From the IMG/VR virus record IMGVR_UViG_3300035670_000716, positions 1 through 35,884 of that record: a stretch of DNA of 35,884 bases; one strand, written 5' to 3'. The position numbers and the translations under genes were made by a program. Every line of letters starts with the position of its first letter. Within the stretch, counting starts at the first letter, position 1. Positions 25,571 through 33,866 of this stretch are shown in pieces. The notes under the pieces were generated by a model. That model was not told the DNA's origin, made no database searches, and was given only the letters and a program-made list of their open reading frames with translations. Source of the DNA: a virus. Its lineage: Duplodnaviria; Caudoviricetes.

Positions 25571-25773
25571 TGACGACTGAGATCACACGCGATCGCGTGC
25601 TTGATGAGCTTCGCGATCTGAAGAAGATGCGCGAGAGCGTTGAGTCAGAGTTCGTCCACGCGATCATGACTGCTGCGAATGCTGGAATCTCGCAGCGTGC
25701 TATCGGTGAGGCTGCCGGCCTCTCGCATGCACGAATCGGTCAGATCGTGCGGCAGCAGACAATGGGCGTCTAG
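25567..25773 (+). CDS. Small HTH transcriptional regulator
   Basis: GISQRAIGEAAGLSHARIGQIV; GGAGGTG RBS. Confidence 0.8.
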   Translation: MMTTEITRDRVLDELRDLKKMRESVESEFVHAIMTAANAGISQRAIGEAAGLSHARIGQIVRQQTMGV

Positions 25774-26066
25774 GCGATAGAGCCTGGCGGAAGGCTCAGG
25801 TCTTCTTCCTTGACGCCCTCTATGGAGATCGGCTGACCTGAGTACGAGAAGTCCGTGAGGACTGATCTTGCGAGCAGCATTGCCTGACCGGGCTTACGAA
25901 CGCTGCACGGAATGTCGGGGCCGGTGGGAGTCACTGGGCATCGCTCCCCGGAAAGAAGCGTCAGTTCTGCGATCAGGCTTTCGTCGCCCTCCAGAGCTGA
26001 CGTTTCTTCATTCCACCTGACTGCGACTCGCCTGCCCTCGAATATGCCTGTGATCTCGTATCTCAT
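25770..26066 (-). CDS. Small protein coupled to MuF (putative immunity/partner)
   Basis: ATGA overlap with the MuF-zincin gene; 98 aa. Confidence 0.55.
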   Translation of the reverse strand: MRYEITGIFEGRRVAVRWNEETSALEGDESLIAELTLLSGERCPVTPTGPDIPCSVRKPGQAMLLARSVLTDFSYSGQPISIEGVKEEDLSLPPGSIA

Positions 26067-28246
26067 ACGAGGGCCAGAATACCGAGGATGAATCTCGCTG
26101 TGCCGGGGTCTTTCCTAATAGTCTCGGCCCAGTTCACATCTGTAGCGAATAGAGCCTCCAGCGTCATTGTCAGGATCTCGTAGTTCGCGAGCGCCGGCAG
26201 GTCGTATTCCCAGTAGAAGCGCCCGGTATAGGGGTCTGCGAACTTGTCCTCGCGAGCAACTTCATCTGCTCCATACGATCTATTGCCGGTTAGTTCGCGC
26301 AGCTTCTGAGGCTCTTCTCCCATCGTGCGCATGCGATACCAGGCTGCCTGCAGAGGTTTCAGCCCGGGGACCATCCACTCAGCCCAGTGACCAAGTTCAT
26401 GAAGCGCAACGGTGAATCCATCACGTTCTCCGATGCTTGAACGCTTCGATACAGCGATCGTGCGACTGCCTTCGCTGAAGTAGCCACGATCGGTCTTGCG
26501 GATCTTCATTCCTGGCGCTTTTTCTTCCATCTTGTCAACCCAAGACCTGGGCAGAAGTTCGGCTGCATCACGAATCAGCGGTGCCATCTGCGAGGTTGAT
26601 CTGATCTTCAGCGAGCGCCCAGACTCTCCCCTGATCTCAGCGATGATCTCTCCGAGGATGCGCCTACGCGCAAGAGCTGGCGCATTCCTCGCTTCTGACA
26701 ATGCACGACGAGCCTCCAGCCATTCCTGCCTCCATCGCTCCTTGTCGGCCATGGTCACAGTCGGACCAATCCGCTGCATGGTCCTCTCTCTCGCTTCTGC
26801 TACCTGCTTCTGGAGGGCGGCTATCTGATCATCAGAAGGAAGGGGCGCAGTCGCTAGACGCCTCTCCAACTCGTCATCAATGATCTGACCAACGCGCTCT
26901 ATCTGAGGAACCTGAGACTCGATCAGCTCATCTCTGATCTTCGTATCGTTGATAGCCATCTGCGCTCGCAGCTCTGGCCCGAAAGCCTTTCCTGTCGCCT
27001 GATTCACCTTCTGCGGATCTAGCGCATCAGTCTGGCTCTGGCTCAGTCCCCACTCTGTTCTTGCACCAATAACCCTCTTGATCTCGTCTAGGAATCCACC
27101 GCCTCCTACCTCTTCGACCGCGACCGGCTTAGGTCGTGGCTGCCTCACCGGGCGAGAAGCTTTCCTCGCCTCTGCATTAGCAAGCGCCTGGCGAAGGCTC
27201 GCCTCACTCGTAGATGGTCCCCATACCGGGGACTGCCGGCGTGCGATGAGATCAGACAGGCCGATCTTCTTCCCCCGGTAGGCCGTGAACTTGCTCGGTC
27301 CGAGGATCTTCCGCTGCTGCTCAACAGGCAGCTTGGCGAAGAGCGACGATCCGGCGGGAATCTGCACGGCCTCTGGAGTCCTGCCGAATCCCAACTGTTC
27401 CCAGGTCTTGGTCTTCGGAACCATCGAGCACCGGCACCGGGGGTGGGTAGCCATTACCTCGTCTAGTGGATGCTCTGAGCCGTGCTGCGCCCAGCAGGAC
27501 GCGCAAGTGCGCTCCGAGGCTGCGGATACCCATATCCATCCATCAACAACGTCCTGATTCGCCAGGTACTCGGCGCGGCTCGCCTCACGGTATGCCCGCA
27601 GAGTCTCTGTGCGTGCGATGGTAAGAGCGCGGGTGAGATTGCCTCCGAGCGAGGCACGCATCATGGCTGCGATCTCTCGCGGGTTCTTGCCGAGCGCAAG
27701 ACCTGAGATCAGTGAGTCTGTGACGTTCTGCGCCGCTTCTGGACCGAGCGCCTGAAACAGAGATCCGACAGGCTGACCTGGCTGAACTACACCTGTCAGC
27801 TGCTCTAGCGCCCCGGTGCGAAGACTGACCTCATCCGGCGAGAATCCGCTAACCGGCTCACCATCAATCGTTGCCGGGGCAACGGCTATGCCTTCTGGGA
27901 TCGCAGTCTGCATGAGGCGCTGCGCGTCACGGCTGCCAGCGATCACGGCATCACCGACCGCACCACCGACGATCAGATCAGCTCTGGATGCGAACTTCGT
28001 GATCTCTGCCAGGGTCTTATCCCTGAGCGCCTGTACGCGCTTCTCCTGATAGAGCAGAGGGGCAAAGCGTGCCTTATCCACCCCCTCCTGCCTGAGATCG
28101 AAGATCCTGATACGGATACGGTCAATCTCACGATCTATGGCTTCATAGGCGGTGCCATACGAGCGGACCATGACCGCAGCGGTTCGCCTGTCTCCTGAGA
28201 GCAGCTGCTCGCGGAACTGCTGCGCCTGCTCGTACAGATCAGCCAT
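26063..28246 (-). CDS. MuF / SPP1 gp7-like minor head protein with C-terminal zincin metallopeptidase domain
   Basis: RALTIARTET, RTC.SC...HG and HPRCRC (MuF); HELGH plus a downstream Y...YEIL Glu. Confidence 0.88.
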   Translation of the reverse strand: MADLYEQAQQFREQLLSGDRRTAAVMVRSYGTAYEAIDREIDRIRIRIFDLRQEGVDKARFAPLLYQEKRVQALRDKTLAEITKFASRADLIVGGAVGDAVIAGSRDAQRLMQTAIPEGIAVAPATIDGEPVSGFSPDEVSLRTGALEQLTGVVQPGQPVGSLFQALGPEAAQNVTDSLISGLALGKNPREIAAMMRASLGGNLTRALTIARTETLRAYREASRAEYLANQDVVDGWIWVSAASERTCASCWAQHGSEHPLDEVMATHPRCRCSMVPKTKTWEQLGFGRTPEAVQIPAGSSLFAKLPVEQQRKILGPSKFTAYRGKKIGLSDLIARRQSPVWGPSTSEASLRQALANAEARKASRPVRQPRPKPVAVEEVGGGGFLDEIKRVIGARTEWGLSQSQTDALDPQKVNQATGKAFGPELRAQMAINDTKIRDELIESQVPQIERVGQIIDDELERRLATAPLPSDDQIAALQKQVAEARERTMQRIGPTVTMADKERWRQEWLEARRALSEARNAPALARRRILGEIIAEIRGESGRSLKIRSTSQMAPLIRDAAELLPRSWVDKMEEKAPGMKIRKTDRGYFSEGSRTIAVSKRSSIGERDGFTVALHELGHWAEWMVPGLKPLQAAWYRMRTMGEEPQKLRELTGNRSYGADEVAREDKFADPYTGRFYWEYDLPALANYEILTMTLEALFATDVNWAETIRKDPGTARFILGILALV

Positions 28247-28538
28247 TACGCGACCCGGTCAGACGGTGCATGGCTCTGACAATGCCCAGATGCTCAACAG
28301 CCGCTGCCTGCTCGTCGTAGTTGAGATAGGGCAGCAGATCGAGCCGCCTGGCGTCATATAGCTGATGACACGAAGGGCAGAGCGGCACGATATCCCTCGC
28401 TCGAACCTTTCCATCTGCGGGATCGTGGACGCGACCAATCGTATGAGCGGCCTGCAGGGAGTCGCCGGTCCTGCACACACGGCACTCCATTTCGCGGTCA
28501 ACCTTCGCCCGCGCCTGCTTCCAGTCTCGTCTAGGCAT
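28239..28538 (-). CDS. HNH endonuclease
   Basis: CRVC...AAH...IVPLCPSCH..YD. Confidence 0.75.
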   Translation of the reverse strand: MPRRDWKQARAKVDREMECRVCRTGDSLQAAHTIGRVHDPADGKVRARDIVPLCPSCHQLYDARRLDLLPYLNYDEQAAAVEHLGIVRAMHRLTGSRNG

Positions 28539-28544
28539 GCGGTG

Positions 28545-28550
28545 ATACTA
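28545..28550 (-). promoter_or_regulatory. Possible -10 box (TAGTAT) for a leaderless HNH/MuF transcript
   Basis: TANNNT 6 nt before the ATG; no Shine-Dalgarno sequence. Confidence 0.4.
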
Positions 28551-28557
28551 CCGCTGC

Positions 28558-29895
28558 CTACTCGTTCCCCCGGTCGAATGCCGTGAGCAGAGCTTCGCCG
28601 ATGTTCGTGCGCTCCCCGGCGCGGCGCTCGGCCTCAGTCTCAGGATCGTATCCAAGACCTGAGAGAGCAGTCGCCTGACTGACGCCGGCACGCTGCAGCG
28701 CCTCAGCAGCGGTGGCCTCCATCATCGGATCAGACGGGATGATCTCGGGCCATTGGATGTTGATATCGCTACCTGGGCCGTATCCGCCCAGCTCCAGCAT
28801 GTATGCGGAGGTACGACGGACCATATCCCCATAGAGCCTGCGCTTCACCTCGGTCTTACGCACTAGAGGCCCATAGAGGATCTTCAGCGCCAGGCCTGAG
28901 AGCTGGCCGATGTTGTCGAGGCGACCGGCTGTGATCTCAGGCACTCGGCTGATCTCATGGAGTGCACTCTTGACCGTCTTGAATAGCTCAATGTGATCCG
29001 TGACGGTCGCGCTCGGCTCCAGAAGGCTGATCTCGGAGTCTGTATCTGGCAAGACAATCGCCTCATCGGGACCAACATCCAGATCGCCCTCTCCCACGCC
29101 CTTCGCGACGACTTTCGGATGCCCATGGATGCGCTGCACCCTGGCCGCGTTAGACATGACTCGGTTGATAGCCAGCTGAGTCTCCAACACGTCGGAGGTC
29201 AGATCTGGCCTTCCCCAGTATGAGTTCGGCTCCGGGAGATTCTGAACAGCGACGATAGGTGCCCATGAGAAGCGCCAGGGTGTCTCGGCGACTGTCTCCC
29301 ACGAAGACGGATTAGCGATACGAGCTACCTGATCTTCGATCACCCACTCGTTGCCGTCCCGGTACATCACCTGACGCTTGCCGAACTCCCTGCCGAGAGC
29401 ATCCCTGGCGATCCACTGCAGGACATATGCCTCCACCATGCCTACGTCATCAGGCGACCACACCACACGCAGCATTTCTGGATCCACGACGATCACGCGG
29501 GGGTACGAGCCTGCCGGCGATCCCTCTGGAGCAGGAATGATCCTGACTGCGGACTGACCGGCAACAGCTCCGTTCGTCGCTGCCGACTGCCATAGCAGCA
29601 TGTCGTGGTTGTATTCGTATGCCTCATGAAGCCACTCAGTAGCATCGTCATTGATGCCCTGATCTTCCGACTCGGACTCGGACTGAATGAGAATGTCCTG
29701 TCCGAACAGCGCATCTACGCCCGTATCAACGACGAGTCCTGCCAGGTTCAGACGAATGTTGTCGTCAGGCTCACCGGGGAGAACGCGCAGGGGCTTGGGC
29801 TGATTGCCACGGTAGATCTGCCAGGCCTGATGGATATGCTGATGCCGCTGCCGGTCAGCGTCTTCCATCGCCATGAGAAGGTCATTGAGCGCCAC
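28558..29895 (-). CDS. Portal protein (SPP1 gp6-like)
   Basis: Follows terL; Y.G.Q, N..GLVVD...LFG, G.PDL, LSG.AL. Confidence 0.9.
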   Translation of the reverse strand: MALNDLLMAMEDADRQRHQHIHQAWQIYRGNQPKPLRVLPGEPDDNIRLNLAGLVVDTGVDALFGQDILIQSESESEDQGINDDATEWLHEAYEYNHDMLLWQSAATNGAVAGQSAVRIIPAPEGSPAGSYPRVIVVDPEMLRVVWSPDDVGMVEAYVLQWIARDALGREFGKRQVMYRDGNEWVIEDQVARIANPSSWETVAETPWRFSWAPIVAVQNLPEPNSYWGRPDLTSDVLETQLAINRVMSNAARVQRIHGHPKVVAKGVGEGDLDVGPDEAIVLPDTDSEISLLEPSATVTDHIELFKTVKSALHEISRVPEITAGRLDNIGQLSGLALKILYGPLVRKTEVKRRLYGDMVRRTSAYMLELGGYGPGSDINIQWPEIIPSDPMMEATAAEALQRAGVSQATALSGLGYDPETEAERRAGERTNIGEALLTAFDRGNE

Positions 29896-29923
29896 GGCAG
29901 GTGAGTCTAGCGATACGACCTGC

Positions 29924-29933
29924 GGATTACATA
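29924..29933 (-). promoter_or_regulatory. Candidate late promoter element TATGTAATCC, with TAGACT -10 at 29904..29909
   Basis: Identical 10-mer upstream of the scaffold gene. Confidence 0.45.
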
Positions 29934-29972
29934 GACTGCCTGCCAGCGAGCGACCGGACGCGCTCGTTAGGC

Positions 29973-30023
29973 CCGAGGTGCGGGACCGGCACTGTCCTCG
30001 TCAGCGGTGCCGGTTCCCCTCGG
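29973..30023 (-). terminator. Hairpin after terL
   Basis: CCGAGG/CCTCGG outer stem and ACCGGCAC/GTGCCGGT inner stem immediately after the stop codon. Confidence 0.55.
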
Positions 30024-31265
30024 TCAGAACCTGGGGGCACGCACTCCACGGACCTTTCCCGGTGAAGCAAGATCAATCTCTGTAAGCGCCCATACGAGCG
30101 CATCAAGCCTGTCAGGAGACTTCGGACTATCGGGCGTCCAGGTCACCAGCTGGTCTTCCAGCTCTGAGAAGACGCCGGCATGGAACACCCTGCCCTGCTC
30201 ATAGAGCGCGGCGACCGGCTCCGCACGGACTCTCTTCCCCCTCGTCGCATGTACGAGCTTGACAGGCACACGCGGATCAACTGTCTTCAAGACGGTCTTG
30301 ACCATATCTCCGCCCTGATTAGCCTCGGCAACGATCCTGTCAGCGCCGTATTCGTGGTATGCGGCGATAGCGTGCCTGGCCCATCCATCGGGCGTCATCC
30401 TGCATGTCAGATCAGCGAGCACATACCCCGCCCCGGTATCCCTCCCGGCGACGATGATGCCAGTCTCGTCCGAGTCCTCCCCAGAAGTGATCGCAGGGTC
30501 TATCGCTACGACAAGCTTGGTCATCTCAGGGTCTTCCTTCGGATAACCGGCTATCGCGTGATCCAGCATCTCCCTTGTCCAGAGCGCACCTGGCACATCA
30601 TCCAGAATCTCGGCGTACAGCTCCTGCCTGCCGAGCCGCGTGCCCTCGTACCGCTGCATGACACGTTCGAGGAATGCCGGCGCCAGGTTGTCCGCGTTGT
30701 CGAAGGTGCTTCCCCTCGTAACCACGGTCTTCTCAGCGAGGATCAGATCCCTGACTTCCTTCGTCGGCCGAGGAGTCGTCGTGACGATGCACCGGGGATC
30801 AAGCCCTAGTCGCAAGCCGAACTGCAGCTGATCCCATGCCTCTGGGTAGCGCCAGGCTGCCAGCTCGTCGCACCAGGCCGCGTCATGCTGCGGTCCTCTG
30901 AGGCGATCAGGCTCGTCAGCGGAGTACGTGGTGCATATCGCGCCATTGGCGAAGGTGATCCTGCGCTTGGATGGCTCATAGTTGGCCTCCATGTCATCGG
31001 GAGCGATAGCCATAAGGCCGCTCTCTCCCTCCACCATCACATCACGCACATCTGCTGCGGTAGGTCCGACCAGAGCGACGCGTTCTGCACCGTCCTCCAC
31101 TCGGTCAATGACCCACTCGGCCCCGGTGCGCGTCTTGCCCCATCCACGACCTGCCAGGATCAGCCATACCCGCCACTCTCCCGCCGGGGGCATCTGCTCG
31201 CGCCTGCGCCATGCAAGCCACGGCCTGCGCTCTACGGCCCTGAGAGCTGCTTCCTCAGTCACCAT
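30024..31265 (-). CDS. terL: Terminase large subunit
   Basis: Walker A AGRGWGKT, LRGPQ, Walker B AWCDE, TTTP, nuclease AIDPA...DETG and SPDRLDAL. Confidence 0.95.
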   Translation of the reverse strand: MVTEEAALRAVERRPWLAWRRREQMPPAGEWRVWLILAGRGWGKTRTGAEWVIDRVEDGAERVALVGPTAADVRDVMVEGESGLMAIAPDDMEANYEPSKRRITFANGAICTTYSADEPDRLRGPQHDAAWCDELAAWRYPEAWDQLQFGLRLGLDPRCIVTTTPRPTKEVRDLILAEKTVVTRGSTFDNADNLAPAFLERVMQRYEGTRLGRQELYAEILDDVPGALWTREMLDHAIAGYPKEDPEMTKLVVAIDPAITSGEDSDETGIIVAGRDTGAGYVLADLTCRMTPDGWARHAIAAYHEYGADRIVAEANQGGDMVKTVLKTVDPRVPVKLVHATRGKRVRAEPVAALYEQGRVFHAGVFSELEDQLVTWTPDSPKSPDRLDALVWALTEIDLASPGKVRGVRAPRF

Positions 31266-31473
31266 CCGTCAGCTGCCCGAGCCGCACGGCCAGATCAGCG
31301 ATCTGCGGTGCCGAGTAGGTAAGCGCCCTGTCATCAGCACTTCTGAGCCTCCGCGCCAGGTGCCCGATCAGATCCTCTTCCATGAGGATATCCAGCATCT
31401 GCGAGTCCTTACCGGCTTGGAATGCTGCTCGTAGCCGCTTGCCGGCGTCAGATAGCGATATCTCGGCTGCCAT
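31255..31473 (-). CDS. Hypothetical protein
   Basis: Coupled between ssb (TAATG overlap) and terL. Confidence 0.55.
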   Translation of the reverse strand: MAAEISLSDAGKRLRAAFQAGKDSQMLDILMEEDLIGHLARRLRSADDRALTYSAPQIADLAVRLGQLTDGD

Positions 31474-31880
31474 TAGAACGGAATGTCGTCTGTGGCGCTC
31501 TCAGGGGCGTTCTGCGGGCCTTCGTTGCTTGATTGGCCCTCCTGCCTATCCTTGCGCGGGGAGACACGCTGTACGGCCTGAGCGACGATCTCATGTGCCT
31601 GGCGAGTGCTGCCGTCCTGCGCCTGCCACTCGCGCCATGCCAGCCTCCCGGTGACAACCACCTGATCGCCCTTGTCTAGCGCACCGGCCAGCACCTCTGC
31701 AAGCCTGCCGAAGACCGTCACATCCACATACTGCGGCTGATCCTCCCACGAATCACCAACCTTCTTGCTGTGTGAGAAGGCCAGGCGCAGCTTCGTAATG
31801 GTGGTTGCCCCGGCCTCGCGTGACTCAGGTGCCTTGGTCAGCCTGCCTACCAGAGTGATGCTGTTGATATCGGTCGCCAC
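31473..31880 (-). CDS. ssb: Single-stranded DNA-binding protein
   Basis: N..TLVGRLT..PE.R, KG..V.V.GRL and C-terminal DDIPF. Confidence 0.95.
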   Translation of the reverse strand: MATDINSITLVGRLTKAPESREAGATTITKLRLAFSHSKKVGDSWEDQPQYVDVTVFGRLAEVLAGALDKGDQVVVTGRLAWREWQAQDGSTRQAHEIVAQAVQRVSPRKDRQEGQSSNEGPQNAPESATDDIPF

Positions 31881-31891
31881 TTGTGCCCCTT

Positions 31892-32338
31892 TCAGCCTTC
31901 GGCGGCTTTCTTCGCACGCCTCGCGGCCAGCTCGTCAATGATCTCGGTCACTCGCGCCCTGCCTTCGTCGCTTGTGACCACCTCGGATTGTATAGGTCCG
32001 CCGTTCGCCCCGGTGAGTTCCAGACCATCACGCCTGCGCCAGCGATCCGGCTTGCTGCGCTCCAGATACCACGCTGCTGCTCGCCAGTCGTTACGCGCTG
32101 CCTGTTGCACGATGACCACGTTCCTGGCCTCTGCCTCGGCCCTCGCGCGTGTTGCACGCTCCCGAAACTCCTTGTAACGCTCTGGAGCATCCTCCTGAGC
32201 GCCGGTCTGCATCCAGCGGAAGTACGTCGTGCTGCCGATGCCGGCAAGCTCGCAGGCAGTCTCAATGTTGTTCCCCACGCTCAGATGCTTGATCAGCGCA
32301 TCAGCCTTCTCGGAATCCAGCAGATCAGGACGGCCCAT
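31892..32338 (-). CDS. terS: Terminase small subunit
   Basis: MGRP, HTH (ACELAGIGSTTYFRW), DWRAAAWYLER, ELTGANGGPI; ATG overlaps the FkbM stop. Confidence 0.85.
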   Translation of the reverse strand: MGRPDLLDSEKADALIKHLSVGNNIETACELAGIGSTTYFRWMQTGAQEDAPERYKEFRERATRARAEAEARNVVIVQQAARNDWRAAAWYLERSKPDRWRRRDGLELTGANGGPIQSEVVTSDEGRARVTEIIDELAARRAKKAAEG

Positions 32339-33027
32339 CAGTCGCACCAGACCGTTCTGCATGGGGGAAACCACTCACCTGGCCATTCGTCGTGCCCCGG
32401 TGCGATCTTTCCGTAGCGAACTCGGTCGTACTTCTCCTGCAGACCGGCGATCACCGCGTCGAACCTCTTGATTGAGGGATCAATGTCGAATGACCACTCG
32501 AAGACGAGTCTGACCGGCAGCGAGTCCATCATCTGCTCCAGAATCGGCATCTCAGCTCCCTCGGCGTCAAGCTTGATGTGCATGGCCTGATCCCACACAT
32601 CCGAGACAGGAATGCACTGCACTTCTACCTCTGAGCCACCTCGCCAGGGCTTGTAGAGGCTGTTCCTCCAGACATTGCCCTTCGCCGTATTGCGATGAAG
32701 CGTCATGGTGCTTGCCACTTCGCCGTGGACGAGAGCAGCTTCATGAACGGTGACGTAGCTCTCCATTCCGTTCAGAGCCACGTTATGCCTTGCCTGCTCG
32801 CATGAGTCTGGATCAGGCTCGTAGGCTTCTACCGTTGCTCCCCAGGATGCGGCCCAGATAGCGAACGCTCCGACGTTGCATCCGATATCGAGCCACCTCT
32901 CACCGGGACCTGGCAGGAAGTCGCGCCTGGCGTACCCCTTCCTCTCCACTACCTCGCGGACCGCCTTCTCATCCGAAGTATCAGGCCGGCAGTCGAAGAT
33001 CAGCCCATCTACCTCTACCCGGTTCAT
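32338..33027 (-). CDS. FkbM-family SAM-dependent methyltransferase
   Basis: LDIGCNVGAF, AYEPDP, IKLDAEGAE. Confidence 0.88.
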   Translation of the reverse strand: MNRVEVDGLIFDCRPDTSDEKAVREVVERKGYARRDFLPGPGERWLDIGCNVGAFAIWAASWGATVEAYEPDPDSCEQARHNVALNGMESYVTVHEAALVHGEVASTMTLHRNTAKGNVWRNSLYKPWRGGSEVEVQCIPVSDVWDQAMHIKLDAEGAEMPILEQMMDSLPVRLVFEWSFDIDPSIKRFDAVIAGLQEKYDRVRYGKIAPGHDEWPGEWFPPCRTVWCD

Positions 33028-33866
33028 CCGTCGTCCTCGGAGATATTGATGGAGTCATCCACCATATGGATCTCACGCTCTGAGCGAGTCGTCCGCGCCC
33101 TCTCTTGCTCTACAGCGACGGTGAAGCAGTCCTTCATGCCCTTCATCGCGTAATAGACGACCGAGTAGCGATAGGCATCGCGGCGGATCGGAACCATCGG
33201 TGTGACACCGTGTACGAGAGCCTGCCCGAGAAAGAACGTCACCCATCCGTCACGACAGGCACAAGTCAGGTTGTACTCAGGGATATCGAGGTATCCGCCG
33301 CGCATGTGACGCCTGATGACCGGCATGGCGGACCATGTGTCGAAGTTGGCTCTGTCGAGGTGATAGGGCAGAGCAGCTGAGCGATTGACGACTCCGCTTG
33401 TCCAGAGGGAATCGTCTGTCATTCGCCACTCCGGGAGAACCTGCTCTACGACTGCATGATCGTGATCGGCTACCTCAGGCAGAAGATCGCGCATCATCTC
33501 CGTGAATACGTCCGCCAGGTCTACGAGAACCTGATGAGACTCTGGCTGCTCCACGCTCATGGTGGTGGCAGTGCATGCCTCGCGGCGCATCATCGGCTTG
33601 CGCGGTGCCATACCGAAAGTCCGAGACACATTCGCCATGCCATTCGCCCTTACGGTGCTTGCCATCTTCAGATCCATGACAGCTCGTCGCAGCTCGGGGA
33701 CCATGCGAGGCATGGGCAGATAGACGAAGACCGGCTGATCGGTATCGGCGTCCACGTAGATACCGGGGGTGATGCAGTTGGCTTCCTTGTCCCCGACGCT
33801 ATCGCCGATAAGACCCTTGGCCTCGTCGGTCGTCATCACGCGCTCTATGCGGTGGATATCAGTCAC
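33024..33866 (-). CDS. TET/JBP-family 2OG-Fe(II) dioxygenase (5-methylpyrimidine dioxygenase)
   Basis: WTSGVVN, YHLD.AN (HxD), GGYL.IPEY, HGVTP (distal His), RYSVVYY (2OG-binding Arg); SRTFG.APR N-terminal motif of phage TET/JBP. Confidence 0.88.
   Translation of the reverse strand: MTDIHRIERVMTTDEAKGLIGDSVGDKEANCITPGIYVDADTDQPVFVYLPMPRMVPELRRAVMDLKMASTVRANGMANVSRTFGMAPRKPMMRREACTATTMSVEQPESHQVLVDLADVFTEMMRDLLPEVADHDHAVVEQVLPEWRMTDDSLWTSGVVNRSAALPYHLDRANFDTWSAMPVIRRHMRGGYLDIPEYNLTCACRDGWVTFFLGQALVHGVTPMVPIRRDAYRYSVVYYAMKGMKDCFTVAVEQERARTTRSEREIHMVDDSINISEDDG

Noticed and set aside
29975-30010. Hammerhead-like CUGACGA followed by a GGAC/GUCC stem on the minus strand after terL
   Set aside because: The required GAAA after stem II is missing (CGCA instead), and the segment folds better as a simple hairpin
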